NCBI GenBank assembly: GCA_030704615.1
Contig: CM060731.1
Span: forward strand, 71,796,001 to 71,860,000
Length of the DNA stretch: 64,000 nt
Direction: 5' to 3'
Origin: Takakia lepidozioides
Taxonomy: Eukaryota; Plantae; Bryophyta
Position 1 is the first letter of the stretch; each line of letters opens with the position of its first letter. Made by a program: the position numbers and the translations under genes. This document shows, piece by piece, positions 47,901 to 59,701 of the stretch. Under the pieces are notes generated by a model that was given only the letters and a program-made list of their open reading frames with translations, ran no database searches and was not told the origin of the DNA.

Positions 47901-50900
47901 TTCTCCTTCTCTTTCTTCATAGAAATGTGATGGGTAAATGCTGGTTTCCTCTTCAGTTGGTGTTGCTGTCACTACACCACAGCAGATACCTCTCAAACAA
48001 CTTAGGCTTTCCAGCCGCATCTCTGCAACCTGCTCCCACTCTGGGTGTGCAGCAAATAGGGTAGCTTCCTGCTCCTCATCCAGTCCTCCTTCCAGTCATA
48101 CTCTCTGACTCCTCGAGGTCTTCTTGTAGCAGGTAATCTACTAGATTTCTTTGTGGTAATTTGTATCTCGTGTATCCCATTATGCACGGTTAGTAACTGA
48201 GAATTCCAGTCATGGAATACCCTAAACTGTTTCAGCCACGGACGTCCCAATAATAAGGAGTAAGCCTCCATGACTTCATCCATTTTTAATACAGTTACTG
48301 TGATCATAAAAATCATTTTCTGTATCTGTATCTTAACCCCTCTTATTAATCCCAATGGTTGTACACTTCTTTGATCTGCCATTGTTACTGTAAATGGGGC
48401 TGGTTTCATGTTACTTAGACCAAGCTTCTTCCTTAATTGGTCTGTCATGATGTTTACTCCAGAACCACCATCTATCAGTACATCAGTTAGTTCTGTGCTT
48501 CCAATTCTCAATTGGATTACTCGCATAGAATCATCAAAGTCCATGACTGTTTCTCGCCCTTCTGGCTTCACATTATAACTGGTCACTTTGCTGTTCAGGT
48601 CTGTGTTTCCTGTCTCTTGGGCAATTCGATTGATTGCTTGATACAGCCTGTGCCTACAATAAGGTGCCACAGCTAGTAGCTGTCCAATGGTAATTTCTGC
48701 TTTGGTCTGACATATTACTTCAGCCAAAGTCTCCTCATTACTTTGCATGTCTGCATCTTCTTTTTTCCTTTCTTCCTCACTCCCTTCTTCATCCGAATCA
48801 GAGGAATCTGCCACAGGAATATCAGTACTCTTTTGCATTTCCCTTATAGTATCTGCCACTTCCTTGTGCAGTTCCTTCTCATCTTTCCAAGTCTCTTCAT
48901 CTTCAGGCATATCATTGCCACTTCCATTCTCATCTTCTTCCTCTTCTACTGGAGGTATTAGTTTGGCTTTGCTTCTTGTTACTATTATTGAACTTACTTC
49001 TGGTGCAACACATGGCCTAACCATGTGAGCTGCCACCACTGGGCCCTCATTCACAGGAGCTCTCATCTCATTCTGGTGTCTTATCCAGAATGAACAGGCT
49101 ACCTTGCGATGTCCTGGCTGATTACAATAGTAACATAGCTCTTCACCATTGGGTCCTCGCCCTTGGTCTGTTCTTGGATTATTTCTATAATCCTGATTCC
49201 CGGGCTGGTAATTCCCCCTTGGATTACCCTGATAGTTGCCTCTGGAATTTCCTTGGTAATTCCCTCTTGAATTACCTCTCCCTTCCATGCCATTGTTATA
49301 ACCACCAGACCTACCATAGTGGTCCTGATCATTGTTTCTTCTTGGCTGGGGCTGCACCTGATGCACCCTTACTTGCCTAGGTTCTCTTGCAGCTGTCCTT
49401 CTGTTGTAGTAACAATTCTCAGTAGAATGGTTATCCATTTTACAGATAGTACAGTGTTTCTCCTTCATGTGGCATTCTGTGGTGGAATGGCCTTCATTCT
49501 GGCACTTTGCACACCATACACCCTTCCTCCAATGTGTTGCAGCCTCTGTGGCATACTTCTTCAAGATTTCTTCCAATTTTTTTTCATAGTTATCCCTCTT
49601 CAACTTCTCCTTTCTCTTACCCTTTCTTTTTAGTTCTTGCTCTTCTTCTTCATCTGACTCATCCTCAGAGTCCTCATCTTCTTTTTTCTCTCTCCTGAGC
49701 ATTCCCAATTGCTCAATTCTGTTCGCAGTTTCAAATGCCTCCTCCACTGTATTATGGGGTAACATATCCACTTTCTTTTGCAACTCTGGTCTTAGTCCAC
49801 TCACAAACCAAGTCTTCTGTAACCCGGGTGCTGGTACTGCAGCCAGCTTTTTCATCATCAATTCCATCTTCTCCATATACTCTTCAACAGTTTCATGCTT
49901 CTTCTGCTTCAGCTGTTGTAAACTTCCATACACTTCATCCTCAGTTTTATTTGTCCTGAACCTATTTCAAAATGCTGTATTCAAGCCATTCCAGGTTAGG
50001 AAATGATTATCAGGGAATCTTGCATACCATTCACTTGCTTTCTTGATAAGTGAACAAGGAAACAGTCTCATCTTGGCATCATCGCCATTCTCATTGTTCA
50101 CTATACACATGTGCTCAAATTGGCTAATGTGTACATCGGGATCCCCTTTTCCTGAATATATTGGAAAGGGTGGTTTTGCCCGTGTTGGTTGTAACGCCAT
50201 CTGTGGCCCTACCTTCTGCCCACTGACAGGTGCTGGCACCCTTGCTGGTGCTGGTCTTTCTGGACCTGTTGTTTTTGTGGTGGATCTTCCACCAAGTGGT
50301 GGCCCTTGAGCACTCCCTGCTTCTGGCCCCACGATATCACAGTATTCCCAGCTTCAGTTGCACTACTTCCCACACTCCCTTCCCCCCAGAGCCAGATCCA
50401 GGCAGCCCGCCTGATCCCCCTGAGCCGACACCTTTGTTGGCCTGTGATCCAAGTGCTCCACTTGATCCAGGTCCAACGGGTTGGGATGTCCTGGTTGTAG
50501 TCTCAACCTCAGCTGTTGGGTCTACTTCTTCATATTCTTCCTCTTGTAATTTCTTCTCTCTGTTTTCATCCTCCAAGTTCTGCCCTTGGGTTTCTTCTTC
50601 ACTCATGTAACTCAACTGTAATGGTGTTGGAGAGTCTGAACTCTCCGTTGGCTCTGCCACATCCTCTTCTCCTTCTTCACCTTCTGCTTCAGAAACTGGA
50701 GTTCCTGCTTTTGGTGTTCCATGCCAACTCTTATCAAAGATTTCTGTCAAGTCTTTTATCCAAGGATGTACCTCAGATCTTTCACCTCGTGATTGATCTT
50801 CTTCCTGTACCAATTCCCTTAATCTTTCTTGCAAAGAAACAGAAGGAGTGGCATCCAACTCTAGTTCTTCCGGTATAGGTGATGCACTCTTTGATCTTAA

Positions 50901-51609
50901 TGGTGTGAGAGGTCCAGATGATTCCCCTATGTCTATTCCTCTCTCCCAAAGATATGGATAATTAGCTTTCAAATAGCTTTCTCTTTTTGCTGAGTATCTC
51001 TGTACTCTAGCTTCTCTTTCATCACTCATGTCCCATGTCTTTCATTTCTTTTAATGTGGCAATAACCAAAACTCTCTTCTGTAATATCTCTCGTATATGC
51101 CTGGGTTTCTTTCAAGCTTCAATGCACCTTGGCTATACTTGAAGTCTCCGTTACCATATAACCATATGGCAAACAAGTCTGAAAAGCTGTTCTTGGTGTG
51201 AGTTTGATCCACAAAATATCCTTTGGAATCCAATTCTTTACCAGTACAAGCTCTTCATGCATATGAGTATAAACATTCACCTTTCTTTCTTCCCAGCCTT
51301 CAAACTCTACTCGTTTAATGGATAACAATGATATCACATAAACCAATGTGGGTAACCAACGTGCTCTTCCTCTACATGCTACCTGATAAATCTTTATCAC
51401 TCCTTTCTCCAGACCCCATTCTGGATCAGCATCATGCACTCGTTTAAGAATATTTTCTTTACAACCGTCTGGCAATTCCAAGAACCTTTGAAAGAATGGT
51501 TTGGACAATCTTTCTTCCTTCGTTCCACAGGGAATTTGATTCACTTCAAATTCTTTAATGGTCCAACCACCATGATCCCACCAGATGCCTGTCACATCTG
51601 GTTGTTCAT
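44638..51609 (-). CDS. gag-pol: Gag-Pol of T3 (5' extension, Gag with 3 CCHC knuckles, PR, RT, RH, INT), several 1-nt frameshifts
   Basis: YSGKGDPDVHISQF (gag); CAKC, CTIC and CYYC knuckles; LIDGGS (PR); MDGFSGYNQ, MPFGLCNAP, FLDD (RT); HCDAS..EREAL (RH); HHCC, GLDFVG, SDQG, NGQAE, GPY (INT). Confidence 0.9.
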
Positions 51610-51618
51610 GTCTCAGGC

Positions 51619-51635
51619 TCCCAGTACGGTCGCCA
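51619..51635 (-). other. Primer-binding site of T3, tRNA-Arg-like
   Basis: TGGCGACCGTACTGGGA two nt after the LTR CA. TGG complements tRNA CCA; the isoacceptor call is from memory and tentative. Confidence 0.7.
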
Positions 51636-51637
51636 AA

Positions 51638-52645
51638 TGTCGCGCGGCTTTTACTCACCCATCCCTTCGCTATTCGAGGCGGAAACTCCAAGATAGAAGA
51701 GTTGGAAATCTTCAAGTACTCAGCCCGCGCAGAACAATCAGTCATGACCTACAGCTAGTGTATCATGGGGGTGTTTCCTATTTGTTTCCCTTTTGGTATT
51801 CATGTTAGCTATCTTACCATTGATAATTAAGTATCAGTTTGCTTTATCAATCTATTGGATTCCATCAGCTCATCCATTCATTTCACAGCTTCACTCAGAT
51901 CTCTCTACACAGTGTGATTGTATCGTAAAAGTATCCGATTATGATTTATCAGGTATCAGGCCGAAGCCATTGTGTCTCTAATATGCTCTACAATATCATT
52001 ACAGCCTTGCATATATCAAGCATCTACTCATCATCTCTCTATCTTCACTTCCGTTCTTCATCTCTGCCCGATCCCCTCTCCTTCATGACCAAGAAGTCCT
52101 TCTCCGAATGATCCCCCTCAATTCACCGTTTCTTCCCTTTATCTTCCTATCCGTGGTTCTAACCATTTCCCTCACTAACCGTCGTCTGTGAACTAACATG
52201 TTCCCCACAGTCGTTCCCTGTCCTGCTCTCCGTTCCCTATGATCGTGACAGCTGTGTCAAGCTGTGACTGGCTGTGTCAAATTGTGACGGGCTGTGACTG
52301 GCTGTGCGACTGTGTTTGGCTGTGTCGGGCTGTGACTGGCTGTGTGGCTGTGTTGGCTGTGTCGGGCTGTGTCGGCTGTGTCTGCTGTGACGACTGTAAC
52401 GGGCTGTGTTGGCTGTGATGACTGTGACGGGCTGTGTTGGCTGTGTCGGCTGTGACTACTGTGACGGGCTGTGTTGGCTGTGTCGGCTGTGACTACTGTG
52501 ATGGGCTGTGTAACCCCCCTCTACAGTGCGCTGCTGTCACCCCTAAGGCTCCTGTTGGTCTCAGTGTTGGTCTCAGTCTGTGCAAAAATTAAGGGTACCC
52601 TACAGATCCCGTATAAGTGTCTAAGTCCCCGACAGTCCTCTAACA
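51638..52645 (-). repeat. 5' LTR of T3
   Basis: TG...CA termini, 1008 bp, followed by the PBS. Confidence 0.95.
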
Positions 52646-53896
52646 GGGGGGGGGGGGGGGAAGTGACTGAGCACCACCAGCAGCTGCTAAGCACCATGGG
52701 CTCAGTCACTCCCCCCCCCCCATTTTTTTTTTTGGTTTCCTGATCTCTCCCTCTCGCTGTCCCTCTGTCCCTCTCTCTCCCTCCCTTCTTGGAATTGGCC
52801 GGTTGCATCAGTGTTCTTTTTATGATTTTCCATTTATACCAGATGGACTCTAAACAGTGTTTTCACCAGCCTTATAAAGGTTTTCTATCCGTACCGGAAG
52901 AATCACCTGGGTGGACACTAAAATTCCTCTAAAAAGGGCCTATAATTTTTCATTGCTCTTTTATTGACTTTCATCTATACCAGATGAGTCACCAGAGAAT
53001 GAGGAATTACCTCCATAGGGGTTATGACACTGGCATCCTATCTATTATTTTTCCATCCATGCTGGATGAAAAATTCCAGGATTTGAATTCGTTTTATTCC
53101 TCCTTTATGCCTTTTTTTTCCGTACTGGATGAGGCTTTCTCTTAGGGGATGACGAATTACCTGTTAGGATGAGAAACCGCTGCCCTGGATGATGTATACT
53201 ACTTTTTCATCCTGCTGATGGACCTCATCCAAATAAATGAACCTATTTATTTTTTCATCTGGACCGGATGAAAAAAACAGCTTATAATGGCCATGGAGAA
53301 TTTTTTACTTACCCTTAATTATTGCTAATTAAGGAGTGAAACCCTAACTCCTACCCTATAATCTACTGTTTAAACCTAGCTAACGGATGACATCCGTAGG
53401 GTTTTTGAGAGAAAGGGTATTGATTATTCATCCTCCGGATGAAAAATCGGGCTCTGCCCTAGGGTTTCTCTCTCGCTGTCAGCTGTACTCCTCGTGCTGC
53501 TGAGCTCACGAGTTATGGCGTCTGAGCTCTGCTGCTACCCTGTCTGCTGCTTCATGCCGGACGAGCTCCTGGGGATGTGCAATGGCGGCGTCTTGTCTCT
53601 TCTCACAGGCGGGAGAACCCGTTGTGATGGCATCGTCCTTTTCCCTCCTCTGGCTTTTATGTTTCGCAGCGGCGTTTTGGTGGGGAAGTATATCGCTCTC
53701 TCTCCCTTCTTAAACCTAGCATTTGTATGCTTCGCTTCTCCTTAGCTGTGCTGGAGGTGGCGTGTTGGTGGCGATGGCGCAGTGTTACCTTCCCCAATCG
53801 CTCAAGGTGCTTTTGGTGATTAGGGTTCCTTTTACTTCATATCTTTCTCTCTTGTTTTTGGGGTTCTTAGTTGACATCGATAACAAATGTAGGGGT

Positions 53897-54585
53897 CTGT
53901 GATTCACCTGGGGTTCCACAATCCTCACTAACCCATTGGTTTTTGTGGGGGCTTGTGATGGGACCAGGTGAGGATCCCTACTTGCTTTGAATTCTCTTGA
54001 GCTTGCAGATAAGGATGTGAGCAAAAGGAACATACTGCTGCTGCCTACAGCCCCGATTTCGGCCCGCTTGCTCCCGGTTTGACATGATGATGCTTGCTTT
54101 TGACTTATGTTTTGCTGCCGTTGATGGAGCATTTCGGCCTGGCAGCCCTGTCTCTTGAAGCACAACATCTGAATCTTACCCTGTCTTGAATCTTTAACAG
54201 CTTTGCCTGTGGATTGTTAGACTAGGTACATTTTTGGCCTTAAAAGAGGATTGATGGTGTAAGGGTAAAGGCATCAGTGGCTGTTAGGTTCTAAGGAAGA
54301 GGAGGCCCTATTTTTAAAGATGGCAGCCTGATAAGGCCATGACAAGCCGTTTTCAGGCCTGGATTTGATGTGGAATGGAGCATAGTGAGGTTCTATTTGC
54401 AAAACATGGCATTAGCCTCCTGGAAAACAGTGGTGGTAAGCTCTAATGGACCTATGCCTGTGATTATTTGCCTCTTTTTGCCATCAGACCAGCCACCTGT
54501 AATGTCTGATTTATTTTGGCCAAGTGGGCTTGGTCTCGGGCACTCAAAATGTATGTGTGCCCATATCTTGATGCTGTAACATGGC
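53897..54585. repeat. Repeat X copy 2, left part (probably extends further upstream)
   Basis: Homologous to 1-~700; continues at 62971 after the retroelement. Confidence 0.7.
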
Positions 54586-54939
54586 TGTCAAGTTAAATAA
54601 GCACAGTGTGAAAACAGCTAGAATAAAACTAGTTATTTGTATTTAACACTTGGATTTAGGTCAAGTGTTAAATCAGGTGTCAAGTTTAGTTTGACACCTG
54701 GTCCGTCTTATCTTCACGAGAGCGGCAGTCGCGCAGCTCATCTCTCTCGAGTTGAGCCTGCGCGACCGAGCTCCTTCATGCTTAGAGTCTGAGTGTGCTT
54801 ATGTAGGGGTATAGGTTGTTGTGGGGTGGAGTCCCCATAGCTTGGGGTGCCCCTGGCTCGACTATTATCTTAAAGAGTGATAGCGATGGATTCATGTTGT
54901 TTCTGGTGTGAGCAGTGTGTCCTTTCAAGCTTTCTTATC
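54586..54939 (+). repeat. Terminal repeat A1 (5' end of copy 2)
   Basis: Matches the reverse complement of 9512-9868; similarity ends at TTCTTATC. Confidence 0.9.
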
Positions 54940-54940
54940 G

Positions 54941-54954
54941 CTCGAGAGAGATGA
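54941..54954 (+). other. Putative self-priming primer-binding site
   Basis: CTCGAGAGAGATGA is the exact reverse complement of 54738-54751 inside A1. No TGG-type tRNA PBS is present at this position. Confidence 0.65.
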
Positions 54955-55697
54955 CGCTATCTAGTTTTCTAGTGCTAAGCTAGATACAATGTTTGTTTTA
55001 GCACTATTATAATATATATCTTGGGGCAGGAGTCCATCTGGCCCTGCTGTTGCCATGGGTATGCGCTTGTTGTTTCACACATTGGCGTTGGTGGTGATCA
55101 GGGTGTAGTCATCCCTGTTTGTGGTGGCGGGTGCGCGCAGGGGGCCCTGGCAGCTCTGCTGCCTGAGCGTTGGGGCAGGCTGAGCCTCCGAGTCTGTGTC
55201 TGACTCTACAGTAATTGAGGGTGGCGGTGAAGGTGGTCTGAACCGAATACCTCGTCTTGTGAACCCACTCTCACTGTTACTGCCTGTAGCCGTACTCCCC
55301 TCAAAACCCTTGGGTAACTCCGTAATGACACTCACAATGTTCACCTCCTCCACGTGACACTATAAGGCTCTAGTACTAATCTAATAGTGACACGGGTGGG
55401 CACCTGTTGTAGTTTAAGGGTCATATCCCAATGGCTCAAGGCACCTGCACCTGCATCCACCGCAAGAACTCTTATGGTTGGCTGGTCATCAACCCAGCCT
55501 CACCATAGAAAGAAACACTGGTGGTCTTGCTGGTCATTACTCCAGCCTCACCACCGACAGCATACTCTAGGATTGACCGGTGATCAAATCCGGCCTAATC
55601 CCTATGAAAGCAAGCGCCCACACAAAACCAACATGGCGCACAGTCAAGCATGCAGGTGTTGGGGGGGGATCAAACACAAGAAATCAAAACATCAATA

Positions 55698-58600
55698 GGT
55701 GTGCACTTTCATTCGCCATTGTTGTGGGACGACATGGAGGAGATGTATGGAGCTACCAAGGGGCCTCGTAGGTACTCTGGAGCTGTGGGCACAATTGAGT
55801 TGGATGACTTTATCCAGGAGTTCGACAGCTGGTGTGATTTGCAGCAGATGCGCAATCCACAGCTATTCACCCCATTCATGGCGTGGAAGGGACTGTTCCA
55901 GCATTTGGAAGGCCCGCCTATGGACGATTACCACGAGTTCAGACGAGGACATGAAGCAGAGATTGAGGAGTGGAGGATGTATTGGTCACCTGACTACGTC
56001 TCCATTACTCGAGGCACGACGCGACCAGTAGCTGCATCAGTACCAATAGCTCCCACTGCCAGCACTAGTAGTGGAGCAAGTAGTGCTGGTACTTCTGCAG
56101 GTGGTACCAGTTCAAAAGGTGCTACTACTCCTCGTGCCACGACTACAACACATGTGCCTAGATTCAACCCGGTGGTGGAGTTCTTCCAGGAGTTGCGGAG
56201 GAACTACCAAGGTGTACGGACAGAGAAGCTGCGAAGTTTGCAAGACTTCCAGCGCAAACCCAGTGAGAGCCTGCGAGAGGCGTACACTCGTATGAGGCGC
56301 TTGATAAGTGTGACCCAAGGGGTTACTGAAGCTCAGGCAATCTAGTTTTGGTATGGAATTCTGGACAAGGAGCTCAAGAGAAGGGTGCGAGATGCAACCC
56401 TGTTACAAGCAGCCCAACCCACATTAGCAGATGTGTTTCTGCTGGCTGAGCGGATTGAGCTCAACATGGTGGAGGAGCGAGTTGTTACAATTGGATTTGG
56501 CAAGGACATGCCTGCACGGGGCACAGCTGTCAGCCCACAGGCACAAGGGACTGCCCAACAGCGTGGTCAGGGGGGCAAGGTTCCCAACCCAAGTTCCATG
56601 GAGCTTACAGGGGACCTCAAGTGCAGAGGCCCGTGGCATCTTTTGCCGGGGGTGATATGTTGGACATGTGGAGGACCCCATGTCAAGAGAGATTGCCCAG
56701 AGAGTGGAAAAAGGCCGGCACAAGCACAGCCTGCACAGTTGCAATGTGGGCATTGTGGCAAGTATGGGCATGGGGATGCCCAGTGTTTATGACTTGCATC
56801 CTGAATTGCGCCCAGGCCAGTTCTAAGGGAACAATGGTGGCCGGGGGCGAGGTGGACCAGCCCAAAGAGGACGAGGTGGCCAGGCACGAGGTGCAGGCCA
56901 AGGGCAAGCTCCACATGGCCAAGGACGCGGAGGTCAGGGTGTTGACCAAGGCATGGCCAATCGGCTTCAGCAGCTAGAGCAGAGGCTCGCTGCCATGGCT
57001 ATAGCTAGGCGGCGTGGGTACCGGCTCCCAGGCGGGATGGTCCACCTCCTGCTCCTGAGGGAGGAGATATGGGAGGCATGGGATTCATGTGCGGAGCAGC
57101 ACTACCACTAGAGCAGGTGGAGTCTGCTGCAGCCGTGACTCGAGGAACAGCACGAGTTCCTGAGCCACGAGGTGCAGAAGTGGAGTTGGATCCACAACGT
57201 GGGGAGGCAAGCCGTCAGGCGAGGCTGCCTCAGTCATTCACCTTGGCGGAGACAGTGTCAACGCCATCCATGGCACCTAGTTCTCGCCCGACTGTTTCCG
57301 AGGCGGAGGTTTCTATGCCATTGGGGAGAGCTACACGTGCAGCACTGACACCTGCTGCCAAGGCTAGTGCAGCCGGTGTGTTGTTGGGGGCAGCCACCTC
57401 TGTGTGTCAAGCCCCACTGTTCTCGGCAACCATGATTGCGACGCCGGGGTAAGACCAGCTGCAGTGTTCAGACTAGCAGCAACACTATGTGAGAGTGTGG
57501 AGGTCACTTCATCTTCTGCGGAGTTACTGGAAGGTGTAGTGGCAGAGGGATCCTCGGATTTGAGGGTCAAGACTGCCACGGCTGCGCCATGGCAAGCTGC
57601 AGCTGCCAGGTTGACGGAGCTGCCAGCTAGGCCAGCCTTTGAGCGCGTCATGGTGACACCTGGAGTTGTCTTGTTAGACAACCAGGATGGCATTTTCTCT
57701 TTGAGTGGACCGGCAGGCAAGAAGTACCGGCCACTGCGGGTCTTGTTGGACTCGGGAGCTCAACCACTGATGTTGGGCAGAGCTGCTATTGCAGGTTTGG
57801 GCCTCATGGAGGCGGATATGGAGCCTTGTCCTTTCCAGATACAGACATCTCTGGGAGGATCAGAGCAGGCTCGGGGCATGACACGGCATCAAATGGCCAT
57901 TAGACTGCAGCCGGATCATCCTAAAGATGGCTCAGTGATGCAAGCCAAGGCCATTGTGACAGATGCGATCTCTTACGATGTCCTCGTTGGTGGGGCAGTG
58001 TTATATCCCATGGGCTTCACCCTGGACTTTTGGGAGGAGTCAGCATCCTACAGGCCTGGATGGCAGTCACGCGATGGTCGCCGTGCACAGCTCCCTGTGA
58101 CATTCATTGGGGAAATAGCGGCTGCCCAGCGGGGCAAGATGCCAACACTAGCCGCTTTTACAGCTGCAGTTAGTTGGCCTGGAGAGTTGCTGGAAGGCAA
58201 TGCCTATGCAGAGGATGTGCCACCTCCAGCAGAGCAGGATGACATGCATGGTATGGTGGAGTTGCCTGCCATGGTTGCTCACACTCCATTGTGGGGTACG
58301 AGCAAGGATTTGCAGCAGGTTGCTGATCGACGGGTGCAACAAGCCTGGGTAGAGGCTTTTGTACCGTCACGAGAGGAGGAGAGTGCGGGTATTGCACCAG
58401 GACCACCCCAGTTGTCACCATTGGATACCACACCTATTGTGTGGCAGTATCCGGATGAAGGCATTTGCCTTCTGGACTTGTTTGGCGGGATCAGCACCGG
58501 ATTGGCTGCTGTGCTACAAGCAGGTGTGCGGGTAAGGCATTACCTGTATGTGGAGAGGGATGAGACTGCACGACGCGTCTCACTGCGCCATGTGGCTCAG

Positions 58601-59701
58601 TTGGTACAGCAGTACCCTGACTTGTTGCCTGTGTCTGCAGTTCGTGGATACCAACAAGCCTTGCCAGCAGACATTTCCTGTTGGGGGCGCAAGATTTGGA
58701 GCAGGTTGGCTCCATTGATCTGATAGTGGCAGGTTGGCCCTGCCAAGGGCATTCATCAGCCGGGCATGGCAATGGATTGCAAGACTCGAGGACGGGTCTG
58801 TTTTAGATGGTGCGGGTTTTGCGCCACTTGCAGCTTCATCAAGCTGTATCTCCAGCATACATCTGGAGAATGTGCCACTGATGGGTGATTCTCGGGCGAG
58901 GGTGATGGCCAGTGTGCATCAAGTCTGGTCGTGGCTTGGGTCAGCAGTGCTGCTGGATGCAGCTGCAGTGGGATCACGGCTCACCGTCCACGGCTTTGGT
59001 GGACTAACTTGATGCCACCCGCACTGCTCAAGCGTGCATTTGATGGGGTGCAGCGCCAGCCCACCTCACCGTGGATGGCATTTTGGACACAGGGAGGCAG
59101 TCTCAATGCGTGAGACACGATGACCGTTCGCCTTTGGCAGTGGTCAACAGGGTGGGTCAACCATGAGCAACATTACCTACACTGCTCAGCTTCCCAGGAT
59201 CCCATGCTTTCGGGATGGTGGACCTGGCCTCCTGTGGGATGCTCAGTTGCAGCAGTTAGTGGAGCCTAATGCCGACGAGCGAGAGCGGGCTATGGGGTTT
59301 TCCACTGGGACCACGGCGGTGCCTTCTCTTTCTGAGGCATCACGTCGTCAGGTGTTGGGGCAAGCAATGGATCTCAATTGCTTGACCTGGATTATCAGCT
59401 TGGCTATGGCTGAGCAACGTAGAGTGTGGAGTGCACTCCCCTTCATGGTCTCTCTGCCTACCGAGACGGTACAGGCAGCGAGTGGGGGCGAGCCGGTGAG
59501 GACCACGGGGTGTAGACATCCATGGCACACGTGGGAGGTGCTCGAGGTTCAGAGGGAGTTGGCAGCCAAAGCAGCTGAGATGGATGAGGTTGGGGATTCT
59601 TCTCGGGATGATGAGGTTCTCAATGATGAGATGATGGGCAGGATGAGGCCTTGTCATTGACTGAGCAGGAAGAAAGTACTGCTCAAGAGGTTGCAGCATA
59701 G
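55698..59701 (+). pseudogene. gag: Gag-PR-methyltransferase polyprotein (copy 2; frameshifted; MTase ~58457-59410)
   Basis: Same motifs as copy 1 (LDLFGGISTG, GWPCQ, LENV, HRPRLWWTN, ERERAMGF, LGQAM); ends at TAG 59699-59701. Confidence 0.85.

Larger units (their letters stand above)
39325..52645 (-). mobile_element. Family T copy T3, full length (13.3 kb), TSD GGGGG
   Basis: Two near-identical 1008-bp LTRs (39325-40332, 51638-52645), PBS, gag-pol, ORF3 and PPT, with G5 on both flanks. Confidence 0.95.
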
